From Sphingobacteriaceae bacterium (lineage in GTDB: Bacteria > Bacteroidota > Bacteroidia > UBA7662): DNA of 64,000 bases. Positions within the stretch are counted from its first letter, which is position 1. Each line of letters opens with the position of its first letter. Positions 9,395-18,700 of this stretch are shown here, piece by piece. Position numbers and translations under genes: made by a program. Below the pieces are notes generated by a model. The model ran no database searches and was not told the origin of the DNA. It saw only the letters and a program-made list of their open reading frames with translations. Location: the NCBI GenBank assembly GCA_013824115.1, contig PNNG01000027.1, positions 20,425-84,424 of the forward strand, read 5' to 3'.

Positions 9395-12004
9395 TTATTG
9401 CTTTATCCACTTCTTCACCGATTTGCCCGATTTTGTTTCTCCCTCTATCAGGTAGATGCCAGGCGCCAGGTTTTCTAGCGACAGTTCCCATTGTAGTTGC
9501 TGCTCGGTTTGTACCTGCTTTAAGGTACGTCCCTGTAAATCGAGCACACGGATGCTCGAAAGAGGCTGCTGCGAACGTATTTTTAGCCATGTACTGCCCG
9601 GATTGGGGAAAATTTCCCAGTCGGCAGTGCCAAAACTTGGAATACCCGTTGCTGCCGAACCAGAAACCAATAAATCGCCAATGTAGAGGTTGCCACCAAA
9701 ATCGTTGATGCTTCGGAAGCGAACTTGGCAACCCTCTTGTAAAAATGGACTGAAGCCGCTGAAGCTAAAGTGCCGCCAGTGGCTGCTGTCGCTGGGCACG
9801 TTGCCAGCCGCATAGGTACGCATGCTGTCGCCCCCGCTGTAATAGAGGATTTGCGACTGCCTGCCACAATCGCATTCGAGCGATACGCGCAAACTGTCGC
9901 GGAAGGAGCTGTTGCGATTGCGATAGGCCAGTTTGAAGCTGATTTCGTTGATGGCGCCGTAGTTGGGGTTGATACTCACAAAGCTGCGGGTGAGTAAATC
10001 GTCTTGCTGGCGTTGGCGCACAGCATAAGCCGTGTGTTTCATCACAAATGCCTTGTTATCGCGTTGTAATCCCCCTACCGAAGCGGTGTCCCAAGTGATG
10101 TCGTCGGCAGTGCGGTCGACGATTTGCACCAAACTATCGCGCACAAATTGGTTGGCGGGCACAGGGAAGTAGGCCGACCAGCCTGGGCGTGGACTGCTGG
10201 TATCGCGGGGAGTTACGAAAAAGCGAACCGAGCGAAAGTTGTTGATTTCGTCTATTTCCTGGTTTTGGCCAGGTATGCGGAGTTCGATTTGCAGCTCGTT
10301 CCATCCGTTTTTGTAAGCCAACGGGCCCGCAAATAAGTTGGCGCTTTGCTGGGGTGCCAAATTTACAGGCAGCAAGGAACTTTGCCAGGCTGCACCATTA
10401 AGTGAGTAGCGCAGTTGCACCATGGGTATGATGCTATCTCCTAAATTCAAAGCTGAAAAATAAAGTGTTAAGCCGTTTATATGGTCTTCGGCACAAATGG
10501 TATTGTTAGCAGGCAAGCTCACAGCACCTACTGCAAGATCAGGACCGCTGCGGGCTGGGGTGGGTGTGTGACGAAGGGCTAAATAATTGTAAGCCGCTAA
10601 CACATCAATTCTTCCCCGTCCGAAGGTATTGTCTTCACCCGGGTCGCCCATGTCGATGGCCGAAATATACAGGGCGTACAGCAAGCTGTCGCCACCGAGT
10701 TGGGGGAAGGCTTCTTTGAGCAACACCACGGCGCCCGACACGTGCGGACAACTCATGCTGGTGCCCGAAAGGCTGCCGTAGCCTGTTTTGCCTAATGCTG
10801 AACGCACGTTCACGCCCGGAGCTACCACTTCGGGTTTGATGAGCAGGCTGCCTGTTTGTCCACACAAACTGGGCCCTCTGCTCGAAAAGCCGGCAATGGG
10901 CAGGGCTGCGTTGTTGCCGTCGATAGCGCCGATGGAAAAGATGTTCACATCGCTCGTATTTACAAATTGCGGGTGCTTCACCGTAGCTGGCCCAGGACCT
11001 TCATTTCCCGCCGAAAAGGTGATGGCCACGCCTGCAGCTTCCACCATATTGAATATTTGGGTAGCCCAGCTCACGCAAATGGTGGTGTCGGGGCCGCCCG
11101 CTTGTCCCCAGCTGTTGTTGATCACATCAGGAATATCACTCACGGTGCTGGTATCGCCATCGGGATTCATAGCCCATTCGAAGCTCATCAAATTGATGCT
11201 CAGCGGCGTGAGGTTGCTGTGCGTAAGCGGATTGGATGCCATGAAATAGGCATTAAAGGCAACACCAATGGTATCGCGTGTGGCCGTATCGAGCCCGAGA
11301 ATGGTGCCGTTTACATGGGTACCGTGGTGCGAAGGCCGATCGACGGGGAAATTGCTTTCGAGGCTGAACCAACCTTCGTTTAATGGACGGTGGTTACCCA
11401 AAAATCTCCGTGCCAGAGCCGGGTGATCGGTCCAGGTGCCGGTATCTACCGTAAAAGCTTTGCGGTTTCTGCCTGTATAGCCCATGGCCCACAAGGCAGG
11501 TGCATTGATCACATTCAGGCCAGGTTCCCGGCCATTGGCTACCTCAGGCGTTTCGATCGCTTTTGCTTCAATGGGCTCAACCAAGCCAGTCATATAACTT
11601 TCATCGGCGAACATCCAAAATATTTCCGTTTCGCGCTGCAGTGCTGGTACCAAAGCGAGGGGCATGTCCACCAAAACCACATTGGCAATCCAATACGCAT
11701 GAGTAATGGTGATTTCAGGATACTTATTGGTAATTTTGTCCAAAAACGGCTTTTGGTGCCTTTCCTGCAATTCCAAGGCCCTGCGAATTACGACCCTGGC
11801 GCGCTGTTCTGCGGTCATTCCAGCCGCGGCCATATCGTACTTCAATTGCAGTGCATTTATTTGCTCGTGCAGTAGCAATCCAATGCGGATATTGCCTTTT
11901 TCGCCCCGCTGTAACTTGGCCTCAAGCTCGGGATGCAACCAGGCTTGCTGGGCTTGGGAAAATGAACAAAAGAATAGAAATGACAGGAAAAGGAGCTTAC
12001 GCAT
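9395..12004 (-). CDS. Subtilisin-like S8 serine peptidase with T9SS C-terminal sorting domain
   Basis: Catalytic triad motifs: Asp (FTVDTGTW), His (HGTHVNGTILG) and Ser (GTSMSCPHVSGAV). Signal peptide present. C-terminal ...GIYLIEGETKSGKSVKKWIKQ resembles a T9SS sorting domain. Confidence 0.85.
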   Translation of the reverse strand: MRKLLFLSFLFFCSFSQAQQAWLHPELEAKLQRGEKGNIRIGLLLHEQINALQLKYDMAAAGMTAEQRARVVIRRALELQERHQKPFLDKITNKYPEITITHAYWIANVVLVDMPLALVPALQRETEIFWMFADESYMTGLVEPIEAKAIETPEVANGREPGLNVINAPALWAMGYTGRNRKAFTVDTGTWTDHPALARRFLGNHRPLNEGWFSLESNFPVDRPSHHGTHVNGTILGLDTATRDTIGVAFNAYFMASNPLTHSNLTPLSINLMSFEWAMNPDGDTSTVSDIPDVINNSWGQAGGPDTTICVSWATQIFNMVEAAGVAITFSAGNEGPGPATVKHPQFVNTSDVNIFSIGAIDGNNAALPIAGFSSRGPSLCGQTGSLLIKPEVVAPGVNVRSALGKTGYGSLSGTSMSCPHVSGAVVLLKEAFPQLGGDSLLYALYISAIDMGDPGEDNTFGRGRIDVLAAYNYLALRHTPTPARSGPDLAVGAVSLPANNTICAEDHINGLTLYFSALNLGDSIIPMVQLRYSLNGAAWQSSLLPVNLAPQQSANLFAGPLAYKNGWNELQIELRIPGQNQEIDEINNFRSVRFFVTPRDTSSPRPGWSAYFPVPANQFVRDSLVQIVDRTADDITWDTASVGGLQRDNKAFVMKHTAYAVRQRQQDDLLTRSFVSINPNYGAINEISFKLAYRNRNSSFRDSLRVSLECDCGRQSQILYYSGGDSMRTYAAGNVPSDSSHWRHFSFSGFSPFLQEGCQVRFRSINDFGGNLYIGDLLVSGSAATGIPSFGTADWEIFPNPGSTWLKIRSQQPLSSIRVLDLQGRTLKQVQTEQQLQWELSLENLAPGIYLIEGETKSGKSVKKWIKQ

Positions 12005-12005
12005 C

Positions 12006-14663
12006 TTATTGCTTTACAAATCGTTGAACAATGGGGCCTTGGGCACTGCTAGCTACCAAGAGGTAAGTGCCTGCGGGTAATTTCGAAATATCGAGCTGCC
12101 CACCTTGGTTACCTGAATCTGGGCGTTGAGAGAGCAGGGTACGACCTATTAGATCGGTCACCTTTAACTCCGTGATATCGACTTGCGTTTCGTAGGTCAA
12201 TCGCGTGCTGGCAGGGTTGGGATAGATCCTCATTCCCTGTTTGGCGGTAAGTTCACTTAGTGACATACCTTGGTCGAGATAGCTGATGTTGGTAATGTAG
12301 AGATTGCCTCCAAAGTCGTTTTTAGTAACGAACTTCAGGAAAACTGCAGAATTGCCACTGATGGGCTGCAGTGCAGGGTGATCAACCGCTACCGAGCGCC
12401 AGTGCTCAGGTAAAGTGGGATTTACGCCCTGAAAAGTGCGCATGCTGTCGCCACCGGTGGTGTAAACGCGGGTATAGCTGAGGCCACAATCCCAGGAAAC
12501 AAAGATGGAAAGCGAATCGCGGAAGGTGCCTGTGCGTGGACCATAAGCCATTTGGAATTGGAGGAAAGGACGGGCTGCACTGCCGGGATTCATAGGAGGG
12601 AAATGCAGGGGCGGACTGATAAGCTCATCGAGCTGACCCTGGCGCACAGCCATTTCACGCATACGTACCCCGGCAGCAAAGTTGGTGCTGGAGGCACCTT
12701 GAACGGGATAAAATTGCCAGCTGCGGTCATCACCGCTGAGGTCGCGTATAGTCCAATCGGTCAGCGCTGCTTGTCCGGCCTGACGCGTAGTGTCAAAACG
12801 CTCAATCAGTGGCAGGTTTTGGCCATCGCGGGTGGGGAATTCCAAGAGCCAACGGTTGTTGAACAAATCGGTTTCAACCAGATTTTGTAGCGGTTTCACT
12901 TCTAAACGCAGTTGATTGGGCAATGCTGCGCCCGAAGTGGTTAAAGCCAGAAGCGGTGTAGTAATGGTCATTTGCTGGCGGGGAAGCAATGTTTGATTCA
13001 CCACTACCGAATCGCGGCTATTACCAGCCAATTCATAAATGAGTTTGAAGCCAGTTACCGCGCTGTCACCCACATTTTGCACCCGCACTCTGAAACGCTG
13101 GCGGCTGATTTGGGGGATTTGTCCCGAGCAATCTTGTCCCAATTGGTGGGTAGCCGGACTATCAACCCCTGCAATGGCCAAATCGTAAGCCCTGCTGGCA
13201 GGTGCTGCTGGAGTATGACTGGATGCCAGGAAATTGAAAGCGGCAGGCAAGTTAATTACCCCACGACCAAATACATTGTCTTCGCCCGGGTCGCCCAAAT
13301 CAACGGCTGTTTGATAAAGTGCATTGAGTAATTGTCGGCCTGAGAGCTGTGGAAAAGCCTCTTTCAGCAATAAAACAGCACCACTCACATGCGGAGCCGC
13401 CATGCTGGTGCCCGATTTGGTGCCGTAGCCCGTGCGTCCGTCGGCCGAACGAACATTCACCCCGGGTGCAGATACTTCGGGTTTGATAGCAAAAGAGCCA
13501 CCGGGCGTGGGGCAGGTGGTAGGTCCGCGACTTGAAAAGCCAGCAATAGGTAAAGAAGCGTTGTTGCCATCCAAGGCGCCTACAGCAAACAGATTGAGGG
13601 TATCGAGCACCAATTGAGCCGGCACACCCCCCGTAGAAACGCCGGGTCCGTTGTTGCCAGCCGAAAATACATTGGCAATGCCAGCTGCTTCAACCGCTGA
13701 AAAGGCCTGAACCACCATCGGGTGGCCGCAAAGCGAATCTTGCCCAGTATTGGCACGGCCCCAGCTGTTGTTAATCACATCGGGGATGTCGTTGGTGGTG
13801 CTGGTATCGCCATCGGGATTGATGGCCCATTGGAAGGCACGAATCAGTTCAGTCCAAGGCTTTACTTGAGAAATATCGGTTACAATGGGGTCTGTGGCGA
13901 TGAAGTAGGCACCAAAAGCAACGCCAATGGTGTCGTTGGTAGCCGTGTCGAGGCCCAATACGGTACCAATGACGTGGGTTCCGTGGTTGCCGGTTTTGTC
14001 GCGAGGGCTTGGTTCGTCATAACCCAGCCAGGTAGATTGCAGGCCTTGGCGCTTTCCTAAAAACTGGCCTTGAATGGCAGGATGCTCGGGCCAAACACCG
14101 GTATCAACCAGCATGGCTTTGCGTGAGCGACCGGTATAGCCCATGCGCCAGAGGGTAGGAGCGCCAATCACCGTGAGGCCGGGTTCACGGCCGTTGGCTA
14201 CTTCCGGGGCTTCGGTGCCGGCGATGGGGGCTTCGAAGCCTATTTCGAAGGCATCGCTGCGTTCTATTTCTGCAATTTCGGTTTGTTGTTGCAACCAAGC
14301 GATGGCTTTGGTATCGGCTTCCATTTCGAGCATGTTTACCAACCAGTACGATTGAACAACGTGAAAGTGCTGTTCGGCAATTGATTGCTGCATTTTTTCA
14401 ATCAGCCTCAGTTGCTGTTGCTGTAAAGCCATGCCTTTGCGCATCAGCCATTGCGCCCGTTCGGAAAGCGGGGTAAATTGCCTTTCGAATGCCAACATCT
14501 GCTGGTAGGCCGGCAATTGATCTTTGAAAACGAGGGTAATGCGGTGTTTATGGGCACTGCCGCTTTCTACCAACGCAGAAGACAGTTTGGGGCCGAGTAT
14601 GGCTTGTGCGTTGACCACACCTACCGAGAGCAAACAAAACAACAGGATATAGCGCTTCATCAT
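12006..14663 (-). CDS. Subtilisin-like S8 serine peptidase with T9SS sorting domain; paralog of the downstream gene
   Basis: HGTHVIGTVLG and GTSMAAPHVSGAVLLLKEAFPQLSG. A long block shared with 9395-12004 (PEVANGREPGL.VI.AP.LW.MGYTGR.RKA). Signal peptide. C-terminus ...GTYLLVASSAQGPIVQRFVKQ. Confidence 0.85.
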   Translation of the reverse strand: MMKRYILLFCLLSVGVVNAQAILGPKLSSALVESGSAHKHRITLVFKDQLPAYQQMLAFERQFTPLSERAQWLMRKGMALQQQQLRLIEKMQQSIAEQHFHVVQSYWLVNMLEMEADTKAIAWLQQQTEIAEIERSDAFEIGFEAPIAGTEAPEVANGREPGLTVIGAPTLWRMGYTGRSRKAMLVDTGVWPEHPAIQGQFLGKRQGLQSTWLGYDEPSPRDKTGNHGTHVIGTVLGLDTATNDTIGVAFGAYFIATDPIVTDISQVKPWTELIRAFQWAINPDGDTSTTNDIPDVINNSWGRANTGQDSLCGHPMVVQAFSAVEAAGIANVFSAGNNGPGVSTGGVPAQLVLDTLNLFAVGALDGNNASLPIAGFSSRGPTTCPTPGGSFAIKPEVSAPGVNVRSADGRTGYGTKSGTSMAAPHVSGAVLLLKEAFPQLSGRQLLNALYQTAVDLGDPGEDNVFGRGVINLPAAFNFLASSHTPAAPASRAYDLAIAGVDSPATHQLGQDCSGQIPQISRQRFRVRVQNVGDSAVTGFKLIYELAGNSRDSVVVNQTLLPRQQMTITTPLLALTTSGAALPNQLRLEVKPLQNLVETDLFNNRWLLEFPTRDGQNLPLIERFDTTRQAGQAALTDWTIRDLSGDDRSWQFYPVQGASSTNFAAGVRMREMAVRQGQLDELISPPLHFPPMNPGSAARPFLQFQMAYGPRTGTFRDSLSIFVSWDCGLSYTRVYTTGGDSMRTFQGVNPTLPEHWRSVAVDHPALQPISGNSAVFLKFVTKNDFGGNLYITNISYLDQGMSLSELTAKQGMRIYPNPASTRLTYETQVDITELKVTDLIGRTLLSQRPDSGNQGGQLDISKLPAGTYLLVASSAQGPIVQRFVKQ

Positions 14664-14705
14664 ATATGATTGAAGCCTAAAAGATACAAAAGCTTTCGCT
14701 GAATT

Positions 14706-14999
14706 TTAATGCGAGAGCATGGTACAATCGCTTATAACGACCATTCCACCCACTTTTTGCACAAATTGACGCAATGGTTCCTTCAAATTTTCCCATTGAT
14801 CCTCGTTGCAAATCCAAATGAGCATGCTGTTTTTGAAAGCTTCTGTCAATCCATCGGCATTGCGATCGCCCCGTTCGCCTTTTCCTCGAACTTCGGGAAT
14901 GAGGGTGTAACCCAAGGCTCCGGCTTTTTCAATGAGCCGAATGACCTCTCGCATATCGTATGCGCCAGTGATGATTTCTACGCGTTTGGCTTTTTCCAT
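14706..14999 (-). CDS. P-II-like signalling protein (SbtB-like, nitrogen regulatory P-II superfamily)
   Basis: 97 aa with a beta-alpha-beta pattern and a T-loop-like GYTLIPEVRGKGERGD. It lies immediately downstream of the SbtA-like permease, as in cyanobacterial sbtA-sbtB. Confidence 0.6.
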   Translation of the reverse strand: MEKAKRVEIITGAYDMREVIRLIEKAGALGYTLIPEVRGKGERGDRNADGLTEAFKNSMLIWICNEDQWENLKEPLRQFVQKVGGMVVISDCTMLSH

Positions 15000-15009
15000 G
15001 AGGGGTAAT

Positions 15010-15972
15010 TTATCGGAACCAGAGAACTAACTGCATGTAGAGGGGGAGTCCCACCACGATGTTGAACGGAAAGGTAATGGCCAGTGCCATGGGCACATAT
15101 AGACCCGGATTGGCCTCCGGAATCGACATGCGCATGGCAGCCGGAACGGCAATGTAGGAGGCGCTGGCAGCCAAGACGGCCATCAAATAGGTATTTCCGA
15201 TGCTCAATCCCAGCCAACCACCCAACAAAGCTGCGAGGGTGGCATTGAATAAAGGCAGCACAATGCCGAATACCCAAGGGAACCAGCCTGCTTTCGACAA
15301 AGCCCTAAAGCGGCGACCCGCCAACAAACCCATATCGAGCAGGAAGAAGGCCAAAAAGCCTTTGAAGATGTCGTTGGTGAAGGGCAGGAGGCCTTCCACG
15401 GCCGCATCGGGTGAGGCAATACCGATGAGCAAGCTGCCCAAAACCAATACCACCGATCCATTTGTCAGGGCTTCATGCCATATTTTGCCGGTGCTGATGG
15501 GCTGGTCGGTTTTGCGGTATTTCTGAAACAACATCACCCCCAAAATGATGGCAGGCGACTCCATGATAGCCAACATGGCTACCATAAAGCCATCGTATTG
15601 AACAGCTTGCTCGTTGAGGTAGCTGCTGGCAGTGATGAATGTCACGGCGCTCACCGAGCCAAAAGTAGCGGCAATGGCGGCGGCATCGGGCAACGAAAAC
15701 TTGCGTTTGAGAATAAAAAACGCATAAAGAGGCACCAGGCACGAAAAGCCAATGGCCAACATGAGCAATTTACCAAATTCTGCAGATACCCCTCCGTGAC
15801 CCAATTCCACACCTCCCTTCAAGCCAATGGCGAAAAGCAGGTAAAGCGATAAAAACTTACTGATGGGTTGGGGGATTTCTAAATCGGAGCGCATGGCAAT
15901 GGCCAGCAGACCCAGAAAGAAAAACAGGATAGGGGGGTTGAGTAAATTTTGCTGAAGCAGGGCAATAGACAT
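15010..15972 (-). CDS. SbtA-like putative sodium-dependent bicarbonate transporter family permease (DUF897)
   Basis: About 10 predicted TM helices. The C-terminal block LAASASYIAVPAAMRMSIPEANPGLYVPMALAITFPFNIVVGLPLY resembles the SbtA conserved region. Confidence 0.65.
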   Translation of the reverse strand: MSIALLQQNLLNPPILFFFLGLLAIAMRSDLEIPQPISKFLSLYLLFAIGLKGGVELGHGGVSAEFGKLLMLAIGFSCLVPLYAFFILKRKFSLPDAAAIAATFGSVSAVTFITASSYLNEQAVQYDGFMVAMLAIMESPAIILGVMLFQKYRKTDQPISTGKIWHEALTNGSVVLVLGSLLIGIASPDAAVEGLLPFTNDIFKGFLAFFLLDMGLLAGRRFRALSKAGWFPWVFGIVLPLFNATLAALLGGWLGLSIGNTYLMAVLAASASYIAVPAAMRMSIPEANPGLYVPMALAITFPFNIVVGLPLYMQLVLWFR

Positions 15973-16035
15973 CGGCAGGCAAAATCGGGTTAGGGGATGA
16001 AGATAAGCGGCGACTTCGGTTCGACCAAAAAGGGC

Positions 16036-16072
16036 ACAAAAAATCCCGGCTGTTCACCGGGATTGTTTTTTT
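16036..16072. terminator. Rho-independent terminator downstream of the transaldolase gene; hairpin flanked by A- and T-runs
   Basis: AATCCCGG-CTGTTCA-CCGGGATT followed by TTTTTTT, and preceded by AAAAAA on the other strand. Confidence 0.5.
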
Positions 16073-16727
16073 AACCGTTGGCCTTGGCGTGGTCGGCCAG
16101 GAATTGGGCCAGACCTTTGTCGGTCAAGGGGTGGTTGAGCAGGCCAGTGATGGCGCTGAGTGGACAGGTAACCACATGGGCACCAGCCTCGGCGCACTTT
16201 ACAATGTGCAGGCTATTGCGTACCGAAGCCGCCAATACCTGTGTTTCAAAACCCTGGATGTCGTAAATGTCTACAATCTGTTGGATGAGTTCGATGCCGT
16301 CGAAACTGATGTCATCTAGTCGGCCAATGAAGGGAGAGATAAAGGTAGCACCGGCTTTGGCAGCGATGATGGCTTGGCCTGCGCTGAAAATCAAGGTGCA
16401 ATTGGTACGGATGCCTTTATCGGTGAAATAGCGAATGGCTTTGATGCCGTCTTTGATCATGGGTACTTTCACCACAATTTTATCATCAATGGCAGCCAAT
16501 TTCTCGCCTTCGCGGATCATGCCTTCGTAGTCGGTGCTGATCACTTCGGCACTCACATTGTCGTCTACGATGTCGCAAATGGCTTTGTAGTGGTTCAGGA
16601 TGTTTTGCTCGCCCGATATGCCTTCCTTGGCCATGAGGCTGGGATTGGTGGTTACCCCGTCGAGTACGCCCAAGGCGTGCGCTTCACGAATTTGGTCGAG
16701 ATTGGCGGTATCGATGAAAAACTGCAT
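16071..16727 (-). CDS. Transaldolase-family enzyme (short-form transaldolase / fructose-6-phosphate aldolase)
   Basis: MQFFIDTANLDQIREAHALGVLDGVTTNPSL...; 218 aa, typical of short-form TalC/Fsa proteins. Confidence 0.85.
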   Translation of the reverse strand: MQFFIDTANLDQIREAHALGVLDGVTTNPSLMAKEGISGEQNILNHYKAICDIVDDNVSAEVISTDYEGMIREGEKLAAIDDKIVVKVPMIKDGIKAIRYFTDKGIRTNCTLIFSAGQAIIAAKAGATFISPFIGRLDDISFDGIELIQQIVDIYDIQGFETQVLAASVRNSLHIVKCAEAGAHVVTCPLSAITGLLNHPLTDKGLAQFLADHAKANG

Positions 16728-16950
16728 GCTTATGTATGGTTGAATTTTTTGGCAATAAAAAAAGGGTAAGCTACTTGCATCGCACCGCTACAACCACCTA
16801 CCCTTGCTGTATTCCTACCCTGGGGGATTTAGCAGGAGCTGGTCGTACAAGACTTACCCTCGGCCGCAAAGGTAAGGCTAATTTTGTTTGATGCAGCGAG
16901 GCGTTTGAAAAAGCTTCATTAGGGTGTTGAGCAGCATGATTTGATAAAAA

Positions 16951-17010
16951 ATGTAAAACAAACCATACAAAATGTAAATTAAACTTGTCTATATGTAAAG
17001 TATGTTTTAC
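16951..17010. promoter_or_regulatory. Array of three direct AATGTAAA repeats at exact 21-bp spacing, plus a partial inverted copy, upstream of the DUF2975–XRE pair
   Basis: ATGTAAA begins at 16951, 16972 and 16993. An inverted GTAAAACAT-like copy lies at 17002-17010. About 30-85 bp upstream of the ATG at 17036. Confidence 0.4.
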
Positions 17011-17035
17011 GTTTGCTGCATCAAATCTTAACCAC

Positions 17036-17491
17036 ATGAAAACATTCCTTTTTCCTGCAGCTGCCAAACACTGGGCTTGGTTGGTACTGCTTCCTTCTTT
17101 ATCTCTGGGCTTGGCCAATATGTATTGGGATTACGACTTGGCATTTCTCAGTTTCAAAAGCACCCAACTAGCACGTTTGTACGACGATGGCATCTTTTCG
17201 GGCAATATGAATTTTACCGATGAATTGGCCGCCATTGGCATGATTGTCGGCTTGATGCTGATGGGCTTTTCGGCCGAAAGGGTGGAAGATGAGTTTACTT
17301 CGGCCTTGCGTTTGAAAGCCTTGAGTTGGGCGGTTTGGTGCCACTTCATCGTGCTCAGCCTGGCCATTCTGCTGGTGCACAGTGCCGCCTTTTACCATGC
17401 CTTGGTGTACAACATGTTCACCGTTTTGATTCTCTTTCGCCTGCGCTTCAGTTATTTGATCTGGAAAAACAACCGGGAGGCCGAGGCATGA
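17036..17491 (+). CDS. DUF2975-like small membrane protein, partner of the XRE regulator
   Basis: Four predicted TM helices. Its stop overlaps the regulator start (ATGA). This membrane protein + tiny XRE pairing is a recurrent cassette. Confidence 0.55.
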   Translation: MKTFLFPAAAKHWAWLVLLPSLSLGLANMYWDYDLAFLSFKSTQLARLYDDGIFSGNMNFTDELAAIGMIVGLMLMGFSAERVEDEFTSALRLKALSWAVWCHFIVLSLAILLVHSAAFYHALVYNMFTVLILFRLRFSYLIWKNNREAEA

Positions 17492-17694
17492 AAAACCAAC
17501 TGCGTCCTTTACGCCAGCTCGCCAACCTCACCCAGCAGGAATTGGCCGAGCGGGTTCAGGTATCGCGACAAACCATTGTGTCGATAGAAAGCGGCAAATA
17601 TGTGCCTTCCACCGTTTTGGCGCTCAAATTGGCCGATAAGCTGGGCTGCTCCGTAGCCGATTTGTTTGTGCTGGAGAGCGACGATTGGAAGTGA
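17488..17694 (+). CDS. XRE-family helix-turn-helix transcriptional regulator (68 aa)
   Basis: LRQLANLTQQELAERVQVSRQTIVSIESGKYVPSTVLALKLADKLGCSVADLF is a classic Cro/C1-type HTH. Confidence 0.85.
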   Translation: MKNQLRPLRQLANLTQQELAERVQVSRQTIVSIESGKYVPSTVLALKLADKLGCSVADLFVLESDDWK

Positions 17695-17837
17695 TTTCTA
17701 AGTATGCCTACAGCTAAGTAGGCTTAAAGGAATAAGTTATGACCAAAATTGGGTGTATTTCTATTTGAGCGATGCATTGAATTGCGATCCATGCTTTTTG
17801 CAGCTTGACAAGCAATGGCGGCCTATCATATATCCAA

Positions 17838-18422
17838 TCAAAGCCGGAAAATGAGTTTGGCATTCAAGCTTGCTTTGGAATATGCAGTGGAAAATCTTGA
17901 GTCGTTTCCACACATAAACCACTCGTCTGGATAATTTTTGGAGTCGAACAGGTATCGTGAGTGAATGTCAAACAGTCTTCCCGCTTCAACGGCTAAGCCA
18001 AGTTTGGGTGAAAAATGGAAAGTACGGCCTAATCGGGTATTAATGAAGAAATGATGGTATTCAAAGAAGTCAATTCGCCTGTTTAGGTAATTCATACCAG
18101 TGCTCAAATACCAGTTTTTTTGTGCGTATTTATTGTTTTGTCCCCAAAAATGGTAGGCCAGTGACCAACCAGCAGTTCTGCGGCTGTATCCAACGTTTTC
18201 ATTACCTCCGAGTATCAAACCTACTTGCCATTGTTTCATTTCCAAATTAAATCCAAGGTGGTATTGTTCAACCAAACCTGCTCCAATGCTTACATTCGCT
18301 TTGGTTTGGGCGAAAAGAGGAGTTCGTACGACTAATACTGCCAATGCTACAAAAAGCATCATGAGCATTCTTGAAGTAGTAAACCGATTTATAATGGCCA
18401 TGTATGGATAGATTACCTTCAC
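17838..18422 (-). CDS. Hypothetical outer-membrane beta-barrel-like protein with signal peptide, in a lower-GC segment
   Basis: Signal peptide MLMMLFVALAVLVVRTPLFAQ. Alternating aromatic/hydrophobic beta-strand pattern; terminal ...KLIFRL. Local GC about 40% versus about 50% in the flanks. Probable start near 18362. Confidence 0.45.
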   Translation of the reverse strand: MKVIYPYMAIINRFTTSRMLMMLFVALAVLVVRTPLFAQTKANVSIGAGLVEQYHLGFNLEMKQWQVGLILGGNENVGYSRRTAGWSLAYHFWGQNNKYAQKNWYLSTGMNYLNRRIDFFEYHHFFINTRLGRTFHFSPKLGLAVEAGRLFDIHSRYLFDSKNYPDEWFMCGNDSRFSTAYSKASLNAKLIFRL

Positions 18423-18668
18423 CTTGTTCAGTAAAGGTATTGTTTAGTGTTTTAAAAACAAAATAATTGGCATAGACATATGAACACTCTGCTTAACTCA
18501 AAGTAACTCTAATTTCTCAGTAGGGTTAGCAAAAGCATGGATCTCAAATACCCATGACTTTGAAACTTTAGTTTCAACTTTTTAGCGTTCTGCCATTGCC
18601 AAACGTGTGATTGGCTCTGGCGTAGGAACTGAGAGGCGTTTTACTTTCCTTTTCACGCCTGCTTCCCG

Positions 18669-18676
18669 TATTTTTG
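18669..18676 (+). promoter_or_regulatory. Putative Bacteroidota sigma-A -7 element (TAnnTTTG) upstream of the carboxyltransferase gene
   Basis: TATTTTTG lies about 25 bp upstream of the ATG at 18701. No clear -33 TTG element. Confidence 0.25.
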
Positions 18677-18700
18677 GGCGAGTCGATTTAAACCTTCCCC

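Noticed and set aside
10788-11875. Three sizeable + strand ORFs (153, 175 and 161 aa) inside the S8 peptidase gene
   Set aside because: They are fully antisense to a well-supported 869-aa peptidase ORF and have no recognisable motifs or signal sequences; judged shadow ORFs
16798-17118. 106-aa minus-strand ORF spanning the transaldolase–DUF2975 intergenic region
   Set aside because: It overlaps the phased-repeat promoter region and the 5' end of the + strand membrane-protein gene; no RBS or promoter logic and no family resemblance
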